In this document: positions 36,334 to 45,124 of the stretch, piece by piece | Layout: each line of letters opens with the position of its first letter | Numbering within the stretch: position 1 is the stretch's first letter | Translations under genes and position numbers: made by a program | Notes under the pieces: model-generated | Told to the model about the DNA's origin: nothing | The model's input: the letters and a program-made list of their open reading frames with translations, nothing else | Database searches by the model: none | Virus record (IMG/VR): IMGVR_UViG_3300007352_000001 | Location: 1 to 64,000 of that record | Strand: one strand, 5' to 3' | Length of the DNA: 64,000 nucleotides

Positions 36334-37860
36334 ATGATCACTGCCAATCTGGTGGAACAGACGAGTGGTCGTGGCCTGAGCGACAACTTCCTGTCGCTGG
36401 GTCGCGTCCTCTCCGAGGAGCGCTGGGCCGACTACTGCAACGACCCCGAGATCCCCATCGCAGAAGACGCGACCCGCTACGGTCTCGCGTGCATGCTGGA
36501 GAATCTCGATCGCTTCCTCGGTCAACTCGACGAGACCACGCGCGCGGTCGCGATCGGCGACTTCCAGAAGTACGCCTTCCCCCTCGTCCGCGCCATCTTC
36601 CCTGAACTCGTCGCGAACAGCCTGGTGTCGGTGCAGCCGATGCTCGGCCCCACGAGCCTGATCTTCTACCTGGACTTCGTCTACGGGACGAACAAGGGCT
36701 CGGTGCGTCGCGGTGACACCGCCTTCTCGGCGGTGGCGCGCGGCCCGAACAACCCATCGTACACCTCGCCGAACGTCGACGAGGAGCAGGTCGCGACTGG
36801 CGACGGCACCACGGTGGCGTTCACCGCGAACATCTCCTTCACCCCGATCGTTCCGTCCTCGATCGTCATCACCGACGGCATCCAGGTCGTGACCGACAAC
36901 GGGGCGGGCGGTGTGACCGGCGACGCGTCGGCCGGCTCGGTCAACTACGCCAACGGGTCGCTGGCCGTCACCTTCAGCTCGGCGCCGTCGTCGGGCACCC
37001 CGATCACCGTGTCGTACACGTACGACATGGAAGCCAACCCCCTCCTGCCGGAGATGGACCTGGTGCTGCAGAGCACCCCGGTCATGGCCCGGCCGCGCAA
37101 GCTCAAGACCAAGTGGTCGCTGGAGGCGGCGTTCAACCTCCGCTCGCTGCATGGTCTGGAGGCTGAGGTCGAGTTGACTTCGGCCGTCGGCAGCGAGATC
37201 CGCTTCGAGATCGACCGCGAGGTCATTCTCGATCTGCAGAAGCTCGCGGGCGCGGGCTCGGTGTTCTGGAACAAGGACCTGCCGCAGGGCGTGTCCTTCA
37301 CCGAGCAGAAGCTGTCGATCATCGACACCTTCGTCACCGCCTCGAACCTCATCCACAAGACGACTGGTCGCGGCACCGCCACCTGGATCCTCGGTGGCGA
37401 GGGCGTGGCCAACGTCATCGAGACTCTGCCCGGCTTCGTGCCGACGCCGGGTCTCCCGAGCGGTCTCGTCAAGGGCGTGTACCGCGCGGGCCGTCTGAAC
37501 GGGCGCTGGGACTTCTTCAAGGACCCGTTCTACACGGACAACTTCTTCATGATGGGCTACAAGGGCATGAGCTTCCTGGAAGCCGGCTACGTGTACGCCC
37601 CGTACATCCCGCTCTACACCACGCCGACGATCGTCCTGGACGACTTCATCGCGCGCAAGGGTCTCGCCACGCAGTACGGCAAGAAGGCGGTGAACCCGCT
37701 CTTCTACGTCACCGGTGAGGTCGACCGCGGTCTCGCTCTGGAGACCAAGGCTGGTGTCGCCGCGGGCACCATCTCGTCGAGCGGTCAGGCCGTCCTGACC
37801 CACGGTTCGGCGAAGGAAGACCTCGGCCTGGCAACGGGCCGCGGCGTCTTCGGCATCTGA
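36334..37860 (+). CDS. gp23: T4 gp23-type major capsid protein
   Basis: LVSVQPMLGPTSLIF, RKLKTKWSLEAA, EIRFEIDREVI, AGYVYAPYIPL, KGLATQYG. Confidence 0.96.
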   Translation: MITANLVEQTSGRGLSDNFLSLGRVLSEERWADYCNDPEIPIAEDATRYGLACMLENLDRFLGQLDETTRAVAIGDFQKYAFPLVRAIFPELVANSLVSVQPMLGPTSLIFYLDFVYGTNKGSVRRGDTAFSAVARGPNNPSYTSPNVDEEQVATGDGTTVAFTANISFTPIVPSSIVITDGIQVVTDNGAGGVTGDASAGSVNYANGSLAVTFSSAPSSGTPITVSYTYDMEANPLLPEMDLVLQSTPVMARPRKLKTKWSLEAAFNLRSLHGLEAEVELTSAVGSEIRFEIDREVILDLQKLAGAGSVFWNKDLPQGVSFTEQKLSIIDTFVTASNLIHKTTGRGTATWILGGEGVANVIETLPGFVPTPGLPSGLVKGVYRAGRLNGRWDFFKDPFYTDNFFMMGYKGMSFLEAGYVYAPYIPLYTTPTIVLDDFIARKGLATQYGKKAVNPLFYVTGEVDRGLALETKAGVAAGTISSSGQAVLTHGSAKEDLGLATGRGVFGI

Positions 37861-37862
37861 TC

Positions 37863-37885
37863 GAAGCGGGAGGTGGGCTCGCTTC
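37863..37885 (+). terminator. hairpin after the capsid gene (possible terminator or stability element)
   Basis: GAAGCGGG...CTCGCTTC stem; no U-tract. Confidence 0.35.
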
Positions 37886-37925
37886 GGTGAGTCCACCTCC
37901 GTCCTTCCCCACCACGGAGGATTAC

Positions 37926-38264
37926 ATGGATCCAAGCAACAGCGGCGAGTGGATCAAGCTCTTCTCCACGCTCGACATGGGCGTGATGGTCGCCATCGGC
38001 ATCATCGCTCTGATCTGCGAGCGCGCCTCGAAGGTCAACGACGCCATGGCCCTCCTGATCCCGCTCGCTCTCGGCACCGCCTGGGGCATGCTCGAAGCGT
38101 CGCAGCAAGGCTGGGGAGAACCGTACGTGATCGCCAAGGGGGCGCTCATGAACGGCGCCGGTGCCTCAGTCGCCGCGCAGCTCGTCAGCCAGGGCTGGGA
38201 CAAGTTCATCGAGAAGGTCTCAGGCAGCAAGACGACTCCTCCACCGCCACCGCCTGGCGCGTAA
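37926..38264 (+). CDS. holin-like small membrane protein
   Basis: GGAGG RBS; about 3 hydrophobic segments and a charged/Pro tail. Confidence 0.5.
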   Translation: MDPSNSGEWIKLFSTLDMGVMVAIGIIALICERASKVNDAMALLIPLALGTAWGMLEASQQGWGEPYVIAKGALMNGAGASVAAQLVSQGWDKFIEKVSGSKTTPPPPPPGA

Positions 38265-38277
38265 CACCGGACGACCC

Positions 38278-38796
38278 ATGTCGTTCATCAACTGGCTATT
38301 CCAGTCCGACTGGATGCCGCACCGCTACTGTGTGCTCGGCAACCCGTGGCTGGTGTGGCCGCAGGTGATCGCGGACGCCATCATCGCCTTGTCGTTCATC
38401 ACGATGCCCTTCGCGATTGCCCAGTTCGTCAACAAGAACCATGAGAAGCTCGTGGCAGCGGGCATCGGGTTCGTCCGGCTCTTCGCGCTGCTGGAACTGT
38501 TCATGTTCTGTTGCGGCGTCCGGCACCTCGTGCAGGTCTACACCATGTTCGTCGGCGCCTACGTGCTCGATGAGATGGTCACCCTCGTCACCGCCTGCTT
38601 CGCACTCCCCACAGCGGTCGCCGTGTTCTGGGGCGTCTCACGGGCCAACTTCATGTGGGCGGACTCGCTCGTCATCGAGCGGTTGGAACGGGCCATGACC
38701 CGATTGGCGGGGATCATCGTGCGCATTCGTCCGAAGAGCACCATCATTCCACAACCCGACACCATCATCACCCATGAGACGGCCCCCTCCCCATGA
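38278..38796 (+). CDS. stand-alone ethylene-receptor-like membrane sensor domain
   Basis: WMPHRYC..PWLVW..IADAIIALSF..MP; FMFCCGVRHL; 3 TM segments; no kinase domain. Confidence 0.75.
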   Translation: MSFINWLFQSDWMPHRYCVLGNPWLVWPQVIADAIIALSFITMPFAIAQFVNKNHEKLVAAGIGFVRLFALLELFMFCCGVRHLVQVYTMFVGAYVLDEMVTLVTACFALPTAVAVFWGVSRANFMWADSLVIERLERAMTRLAGIIVRIRPKSTIIPQPDTIITHETAPSP

Positions 38797-39269
38797 CCGA
38801 GCAGTCGTCGACCGACCTGGAGTTGGTCGAGGACTTCGCCATCGTCGCCCAGGACTTGCGCGAGGCTGTGACGCAGCTGCGCCGGCTGAACGCCTCTCCT
38901 CCCCCACCGGCCGAGGAGAAGACCTGGAAGCAAGTGATGGTGAACGTCCTCGGCACCATCATCGCGTCGCTGCTCTCCGCAGCGTTCGGCGCCTACCTCG
39001 GGCTCGCCGTGAAGATGGGACAGATCGACCGTATCCTTGAAGATCTCGCCAAGACCGACACGCGTCACGCCGAGGAAGCGGAGCAGTTCGAGCAGCGCGC
39101 TTCGCGCGACCAAGAAGACACCCAACGCATCATCGACGACCTGCGCTCCAAGCAACAGGACCTTGTCGCTGAGGTGGTGGGATTGAAGTCCACTGACCGG
39201 CTGCACGAGCGGGAACTCGACTCGTATGAGCGCCGGCTCGCCACCGTGGAGTCCCGGCCGCACAAATGA
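38793..39269 (+). CDS. single-TM coiled-coil protein (lysis-accessory-like)
   Basis: One TM segment then a long coiled coil; ATGA coupling. Confidence 0.55.
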   Translation: MTEQSSTDLELVEDFAIVAQDLREAVTQLRRLNASPPPPAEEKTWKQVMVNVLGTIIASLLSAAFGAYLGLAVKMGQIDRILEDLAKTDTRHAEEAEQFEQRASRDQEDTQRIIDDLRSKQQDLVAEVVGLKSTDRLHERELDSYERRLATVESRPHK

Positions 39270-40003
39270 CCGACGTTCAGCCGCTCCTCCAACCGAAGAA
39301 GCTCGTCGAGGACGACCTCAAGACCTACGTCTTGCACATGCTCGGTGCGCCGTTCGTCACCGTCGAGGTCAAGCCCGAGCAGATCACCACGTTCATCACG
39401 AGCGGCCTGGAGCGGTACTCGCGCCTGATGCCCAAGCTCCGCTACTTCTCGATCCCAGCGTTTGCCGGCATCCAGGAGTACGAGCTGCCGCGCGACACCA
39501 TCGGCTTCGGTGTGTGCGACGTGATGATCCCGCGCCTCGATCCGATCGCGCCATTGCTGCTGAGCAGCGGCCCGCGCCTCGACATTTTCGGCTACCGGTA
39601 CTCCTACCCCTACCGCGACATCTCCGAGCTGTACATCGACTACTTCTACTTCAAGGAAGCCACGCGCATCCTCTCGGCCGACTTCGACTGGGAGTACCTC
39701 GATGGCGCAATCCGCATCCATCCGAAGCCTGACGAGCCGTTCCCGCTGACCTACGTGAGCGCGTTCCCGCGCGACCTCGACTCGTTTCCCGCGGACGACT
39801 TCGACTGGTTGAAGGACTACGTGCTCGGCAGCGTGAAGGTGGCCGTCGGTCATGCGCGCCGGAAGTTCGGCACGATTCCTGGTGCGCAGACCGGGCAACA
39901 GCTCGACGGCGCGCAGATGATCAGCGAAGGCATGCAGATGGTGAAGGACGCGGAAGAAGACCTGCTGCTCCGTACGCCGCCCTTCCCGCTGTGGCGTACC
40001 TGA
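39266..40003 (+). CDS. gp13: neck/head-completion protein (T4 gp13-like)
   Basis: LKTYVLHMLGAPFVTVEV..EQI; WLKDY...K..G..RRKF..IPG...LDG. Confidence 0.85.
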   Translation: MTDVQPLLQPKKLVEDDLKTYVLHMLGAPFVTVEVKPEQITTFITSGLERYSRLMPKLRYFSIPAFAGIQEYELPRDTIGFGVCDVMIPRLDPIAPLLLSSGPRLDIFGYRYSYPYRDISELYIDYFYFKEATRILSADFDWEYLDGAIRIHPKPDEPFPLTYVSAFPRDLDSFPADDFDWLKDYVLGSVKVAVGHARRKFGTIPGAQTGQQLDGAQMISEGMQMVKDAEEDLLLRTPPFPLWRT

Positions 40004-40470
40004 TGCCGCCGATCGAAGAGACGCCGCAAAGCGTTCCCACCCAGGACGTGCCGCTGGCCGGTGGCCGGCAAGACCTGGAGTTCGTCATCACCACCAACGC
40101 CGAGCAGTTCACCTACCTCTACCCGGCACTGCGCTTCTTGCCGCTCGACCGCACGCGCGACTCCGACCCGCTCTACCGTGAGAAGGTGAAGCCGGTCTTC
40201 CTCGACCCGGTCACAATCCCGACCTACGTCGAGCTGCAGCCGCAGCTGAAGCTGCTCAAGCGCTTCGGGATCGAAGAAGAGCAGGAAGCGATCGCTGTGT
40301 GGTCCTGCCGGCACCTGAACCAGTACAAGCTCGATCCGAAGACGGGTGACCGCCTGCAGTACTTCAACATCCTCTTCGAGCTGTTGACCGTGAAGCTCAC
40401 CGACTACTTCCTCTCAACCCAGGTGCCGCTGAACAAGGTGGCGACCCTGAAGCAGGTGGCGCAACGATGA
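40003..40470 (+). CDS. neck protein (T4 gp14-like)
   Basis: Follows gp13; DPLYRE, LKRFGIE, PKTGDRL. Confidence 0.65.
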   Translation: MPPIEETPQSVPTQDVPLAGGRQDLEFVITTNAEQFTYLYPALRFLPLDRTRDSDPLYREKVKPVFLDPVTIPTYVELQPQLKLLKRFGIEEEQEAIAVWSCRHLNQYKLDPKTGDRLQYFNILFELLTVKLTDYFLSTQVPLNKVATLKQVAQR

Positions 40471-41729
40471 CGAATCCTCTCCGCGCGGTTGTGGATGCGA
40501 TCGCCAAGGACTACACGGCGTACTCGACCGGCGACGTCGACCGGATCAGCGGCGTGATTCGTCAACGGCTGGAGCGCACCCATCCGCACTTGGTGAGCGG
40601 GGCCACGAGCGGTTCTGTCGATGTGCACGTGCATGACCACTTCCGTGAGCGCGACGCGCGCCACCGCCGGCAGTTCTATCGCGAGGAGTTCGAGGGTATG
40701 GTGAGCCCGATCTGGGAAGGTGTGCTCAGCGAGATGCCGATCATCGGCGGGACCAGCTACAGCGACCATCCGCACCCCGAGGTGTACACGCACCTGGAGA
40801 ACGCGCGCCTGCGCGGCACGCGGCTGAAGATCACCTACGGCGACGTGAAGACTGGCCGTTCGTGGGAAGATCCCAGCGAGACCGAGCAGCTGAAGCGCCG
40901 GCCTGGCTGGATCCGCGCCTACGGCGCCCTCGGCAAGATCGGTCGGTCGATGGGACCGACGAAGATCCCTCTGGAGATCCCCACCGCGCGCTCGATGGGT
41001 GGCGGTGGGTTGCTCGTCAGCAACATCGTCAAGATCGAGCACGCCAACAAGAAGCACGGTGGTCTGATCTGGCAGCACCCCAAGTACCATGTCGGCAGCA
41101 ATCGCGTCGGCGACGCCAGCGCGGGCGGACCGCCAACGTCGGTGGGCGAAGCGATCCTACAGCGCATCATGTACGCACACGAGGACGTGCGCGACGTGAT
41201 CGAACAGCTGACGCGTCCCGACCTCGACGAGGCTGAGAAGCCGGCCGCGCGGTTGATCGACAGCGTGCGTCCGCACGATCGCGTCACCTATCTGATCCAC
41301 GCCGGCACCGGCCGCAACGGGCCGGAGTGGAAGCAGCACACCGGCCGGGTCGTCATGGTGAAGCCGAGCGGGCACGATCACCTGGTCGTCAACGGTGGTG
41401 GGCGCCACGGGACACCGCACGTGGTCACGCACGACACGCTGCTGAAGGTGCACACGCGCAAGGTCGACGGGCCGAGGCCGTTACCAGCCACTGCCAAGCG
41501 CGACCCACACGGCTTCAGCGAAGCCAAGGTGCGCGACACGGCCAACGAGCTGGGCTGCGAGCACTGCGGTGGGCGGGCGAAGTTCTCCTACGGCACCGCC
41601 GGCAAGATGCACTACGCGTGCACCACGCCAACATGTGGCAAGATCACCAGCAAGCGCGTGCTCGGGAGCGCAGGCGCGACCGCGGACCCGTACGGCTCGC
41701 GCTTCCTCGTCCCACCGTCGCGCCGATGA
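40467..41729 (+). CDS. His-rich multidomain protein carrying both the RVG tag and the helical tag
   Basis: RVGDASAGGPP at 41103 followed by GEAILQRIM..EDVRDVIE; SH3-like and zinc-ribbon modules. Confidence 0.7.
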   Translation: MTNPLRAVVDAIAKDYTAYSTGDVDRISGVIRQRLERTHPHLVSGATSGSVDVHVHDHFRERDARHRRQFYREEFEGMVSPIWEGVLSEMPIIGGTSYSDHPHPEVYTHLENARLRGTRLKITYGDVKTGRSWEDPSETEQLKRRPGWIRAYGALGKIGRSMGPTKIPLEIPTARSMGGGGLLVSNIVKIEHANKKHGGLIWQHPKYHVGSNRVGDASAGGPPTSVGEAILQRIMYAHEDVRDVIEQLTRPDLDEAEKPAARLIDSVRPHDRVTYLIHAGTGRNGPEWKQHTGRVVMVKPSGHDHLVVNGGGRHGTPHVVTHDTLLKVHTRKVDGPRPLPATAKRDPHGFSEAKVRDTANELGCEHCGGRAKFSYGTAGKMHYACTTPTCGKITSKRVLGSAGATADPYGSRFLVPPSRR

Positions 41730-41920
41730 TGGTTCCCGACGCACCAGAACTCATTGACCAGTTGCTCTCAGTCGCACTGCGACTCGGCTGGCGCGTCGCG
41801 GTGCTGCCCAATCACCCCGGCGGCATGATCATGGGCACCGACGCGTACATGAACGCGGTGCAGGACGAACTCACCGGCGAGAAGCTCCAAGTCTACGAGC
41901 AAGTCGCCGGGCTCTGCTAG
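41726..41920 (+). CDS. small hypothetical protein
   Basis: ATGA coupling. Confidence 0.5.
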   Translation: MMVPDAPELIDQLLSVALRLGWRVAVLPNHPGGMIMGTDAYMNAVQDELTGEKLQVYEQVAGLC

Positions 41921-41928
41921 GAGGATCC

Positions 41929-42132
41929 ATGGCCGGCCACGTCTACATGACGACGCAGTTCGCTCTGAGCGCACGGGTGCCGGGGATGCTGATCACCGAC
42001 GACCCCATCCGCGCAGGGTTCGACTGGCATCACCTCTACCGGGACCAGGTGAACCCTCGGCTGCGCCGGCTGCGCGAGCCCGAACGAACCCGCGAGTCCC
42101 TCGACCGTCTGCCCTACTACCAACGGGCGTGA
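41929..42132 (+). CDS. small hypothetical protein
   Basis: AGGAGG RBS. Confidence 0.55.
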   Translation: MAGHVYMTTQFALSARVPGMLITDDPIRAGFDWHHLYRDQVNPRLRRLREPERTRESLDRLPYYQRA

Positions 42133-42163
42133 GCAGAACAGGCCGAGACTGCGGGCACCCTTG

Positions 42164-42442
42164 CTACGAAGCGAGTAGCGAGCAGAAAAACTCGCGCTGT
42201 GGCTGGTCCAACTCCTGGACCTGGTCGTAGAGCGAGACGACTTGCGCAAGCCGCGGCGGCTGGTGGGCAACCCTCGGTTCGGTCCGGACCGTCGGCTTGA
42301 CCGTGAGCCGCCGCGCGGTCGCGCGCTTCGGCCCAGCTCCGTTGCCGGCGGTAGCCGCTGCCGCGCGACGTTTCGCGTGGCGCTCGGTGGCGAGCTTGCT
42401 CAAGTGCGCTCGCATCTCCTTGCTCATCCTGCGTCGTGCCAT
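42164..42442 (-). CDS. small basic, probably nucleic-acid-binding protein
   Basis: AAGGAGG RBS; RRRMSKEMRAHLSKLATERHAKRRA. Confidence 0.65.
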   Translation of the reverse strand: MARRRMSKEMRAHLSKLATERHAKRRAAAATAGNGAGPKRATARRLTVKPTVRTEPRVAHQPPRLAQVVSLYDQVQELDQPQREFFCSLLAS

Positions 42443-42506
42443 GTTTCCTCCTTCGCTGTGAGGTCCTAGTGCAGACCTCTTCAGCCTATGTCTTGGCTAG
42501 GTGATC

Positions 42507-42809
42507 ATGCCAACTACGGTTCCGCAAGCCATCCAAGCGGTTTTGGACGGACATTCCACAAAAAGTCTGGTGGAAGCCCTCCTCGAAGGCCGCAAAATCA
42601 CCCGGTGGTGGCAGGCGCATGCTGGGGACCTCGTGACCGACATCACGATGGGACAACCGGCCGGCGTCGGGCGCGTGAAGCGCCAAGACAAGAATGCCCG
42701 CGTGGAAGTCGAGTGGCTGTCTCACCCGCACTACAAGGGCAGGACGTTCACGCACACCCAAGGGGAACTGCGGAAGCTGCGCAAGCCTGGGGAAGGGAGC
42801 CAGCAATGA
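42507..42809 (+). CDS. helical tag plus SH3-like domain protein
   Basis: QAIQAVLDGHSTKSLVEALLE, then AGDLV...GRV...VEVEW. Confidence 0.7.
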   Translation: MPTTVPQAIQAVLDGHSTKSLVEALLEGRKITRWWQAHAGDLVTDITMGQPAGVGRVKRQDKNARVEVEWLSHPHYKGRTFTHTQGELRKLRKPGEGSQQ

Positions 42810-43234
42810 CCGATACCAACCGCGTGAAGTACGTCGGCCTCGGAGATCTCATCCGACTGACGACGAAGTCCATCGACGATGGCATGAAGGTCGGTCTGCG
42901 ACACAAGCTGACGCAGACCTCCGAGCAGCTCACCACTCAGGTCCTCGACGAGGAGCAGGTGCGAGCGGTGCTCGACGACCTGCAAGCCTTCGCGCCGTTG
43001 CGCGAGACGATCGACGCCGTCCGTCACGCGATCCGCACTTCCCGCGACCTGCAAACCTTCTGCTCGACGATGCTGCGCTACGTCGAGGAACAGGGCGAGA
43101 TGGCGGCGCAGACGATGCGCTCGATGCCGGACCGTCCACAGGGCAACAACCCACAGACTGCGAGCGGTGAGCACTACCACCGCGCGCAGGACGAGATGGA
43201 GCGCCTGGCGTGGGACTTGATCAACCAGTCGTAA
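42806..43234 (+). CDS. hypothetical protein
   Basis: ATGA coupling; helical. Confidence 0.6.
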   Translation: MTDTNRVKYVGLGDLIRLTTKSIDDGMKVGLRHKLTQTSEQLTTQVLDEEQVRAVLDDLQAFAPLRETIDAVRHAIRTSRDLQTFCSTMLRYVEEQGEMAAQTMRSMPDRPQGNNPQTASGEHYHRAQDEMERLAWDLINQS

Positions 43235-43238
43235 GCCA

Positions 43239-43859
43239 ATGGCGATCCCGGACATCACAGCGATGGGCATCTACGTAGATCACGGGCGCAACCTCCGCGG
43301 AAAGCTGATGGTCGAGCACGGCGCGTGGATCGCGCTCGGCCGTACCAAGTTCGACACGGTCGACTACCCGTGGTCGAACGAAGGCGCGCCGCCGGCCGAG
43401 AGCGCCACCGACGACGAGTTCACCATCGACAACGAGATGACCTCACCGCTCGGCAGTCAGGTGATGGTGCCGTTCAAGAAGGCGACCATCTGCGCGATGG
43501 TGAAGCAGGACGCGGAAGGAACCATCGAGTTCGGTTCGCAGACCTGGAAGGTGTCGACCGAGGCGGACGCCAAGCACATCTACTTCAAGTTCATCATCGA
43601 GCCCGAGGACTTCGAGCCGCTGTCGGGGACACCGCACCAAGGTTTCCCAGCCATCCTCGGCTATCGCCGGCTCGAAGTGCATCTCGGCACGGTGCAGAAC
43701 GCGCAGTTCGCGAGCGATCTCACCTCGCGGCGCAAGCTCGTGCTCGCGACGACTCCTGGCGGCAGTGATCTCGGCCGACTCTTGTTCGTGTCGAATGAGG
43801 TCTTGCAGAACCGACTGCCGGAAGAGCGGCACGTCATCGAGATTCTCCTCCTCGCATGA
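43239..43859 (+). CDS. baseplate wedge-like structural protein (T4 gp8-like N-terminus)
   Basis: WIALGRT...PWSNEGAPP. Confidence 0.55.
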   Translation: MAIPDITAMGIYVDHGRNLRGKLMVEHGAWIALGRTKFDTVDYPWSNEGAPPAESATDDEFTIDNEMTSPLGSQVMVPFKKATICAMVKQDAEGTIEFGSQTWKVSTEADAKHIYFKFIIEPEDFEPLSGTPHQGFPAILGYRRLEVHLGTVQNAQFASDLTSRRKLVLATTPGGSDLGRLLFVSNEVLQNRLPEERHVIEILLLA

Positions 43860-44194
43860 GCACGCTGCTGACGTTGAGCGGAACGATCATCCGCACCACC
43901 GACATCGAGAACCGCGCCTACCTGCCGGTCTCGGCCCAGGACACGATCACCGCCGACGAGTTGAGCACGGTGGGCATCGCGCCGACCGGTTCGTTCGTTG
44001 CCTCGTTCGTCCAGGTGCCGACCGGCTCGTTCGTCGCCTTGCAAGCGGACCGTCCGGTCGACCTCACGCTGAACGGCTTGGAGCCGCTGCGCGTGCGCGA
44101 GATCTATCTCAGCGGCACGCGGGTCCTTGGCATCACGATCTCGAACCCTGACGCCCAGAATCCGGTGAAGGTCCGGCTGCTGGTGGGAGGCTGA
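43856..44194 (+). CDS. small beta-rich putative structural protein
   Basis: ATGA coupling; resembles the next gene (VKVRLLVGG end). Confidence 0.6.
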   Translation: MSTLLTLSGTIIRTTDIENRAYLPVSAQDTITADELSTVGIAPTGSFVASFVQVPTGSFVALQADRPVDLTLNGLEPLRVREIYLSGTRVLGITISNPDAQNPVKVRLLVGG

Positions 44195-44196
44195 CC

Positions 44197-44550
44197 ATGG
44201 CGCGGTTTCGCACCCGCACGGAGATCTACCGCGCGGACACGCGCGACCTTGTCAAGCTCGCCATCTGGCAAGGCTTCGCAGAAGTCGACCAGACGCAGGA
44301 TCTGCAGCTGGTGCTCCCGATGTCGGGCAGCACCGTCACGCTCGACCCGGCCAACTACGGCATGACGCGGTTCGAGGAAGTGTACCTGGAGAGCGAGCAG
44401 GAGATCACCGTCACGCTCGAAGGGACCACGACCGCCGAGCTGCAGCTCGAACAGATGCTCATCCTGCGCGGCACCGACATCGCCTCGATCACGCTGTTCA
44501 GCGCGTGGCCGGTCGAGACCAGGGTGCACGTCATCCTGGGAGGCAGCTGA
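44197..44550 (+). CDS. small beta-rich putative structural protein
   Basis: GGAGG RBS; TRVHVILGGS end. Confidence 0.6.
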   Translation: MARFRTRTEIYRADTRDLVKLAIWQGFAEVDQTQDLQLVLPMSGSTVTLDPANYGMTRFEEVYLESEQEITVTLEGTTTAELQLEQMLILRGTDIASITLFSAWPVETRVHVILGGS

Positions 44551-45107
44551 TGTACACGCCCCAGGGCCTCACCTGGGTCTCGGCAGGCCAGCGTGATGCC
44601 CAAGGGCGCCTGCGCCGCGGCACGGTGCCGTGGGATTCCGTGAAGCCGATTCGGTACAAGAACCCGATCGGCCCCCACACCACCGCTGTGCGGCACACGA
44701 TCTTGATCCGCGATCATCACTTCGGTGGTCCTACCGGGACACCTAACACGCTCGGGTTCGGCGGGAGCCTTGGCCCGGTGACGCGCAAGGACATTGGCCG
44801 AACCCTCACCGTCGACAAGCTGCCTGACGGGCGGTGGATCGACCACATCAGCACGGAGAAAGCTGTGGCACAAACCCGAGTTGGTGACGCGAGTCGCCGT
44901 GGTTCCGATTGGAAGAAGCGCAACGAGGCAGTCGAAGAGAACTTCGGCGCGATCTATCACCACCACTTCGCCGTCCCGGCCACGGGCATCTCGGCGCAGC
45001 GGCCGTGGTCGCGTCAGGACTTTCGCGACTACTACCAACAGCACCCCGATCTGCCGCAGCTCGTCGGTGACGAACTCGCAGAGCAGATCCGGAAGGTCTT
45101 CGAGTAA
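44550..45107 (+). CDS. hypothetical protein with RVGDASRRG motif
   Basis: TGATG coupling; motif at 44877. Confidence 0.6.
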   Translation: MYTPQGLTWVSAGQRDAQGRLRRGTVPWDSVKPIRYKNPIGPHTTAVRHTILIRDHHFGGPTGTPNTLGFGGSLGPVTRKDIGRTLTVDKLPDGRWIDHISTEKAVAQTRVGDASRRGSDWKKRNEAVEENFGAIYHHHFAVPATGISAQRPWSRQDFRDYYQQHPDLPQLVGDELAEQIRKVFE

Positions 45108-45124
45108 GCCTTCCCTGACGGAGG

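Noticed and set aside
34633-37935. 1100-aa minus-strand ORF, and similar long antisense ORFs (747..2687, 9063..10661, 19107..20714, 59878..61035)
   Set aside because: They mirror well-supported genes on the other strand; high-GC codon bias removes antisense stops; no recognisable motifs.
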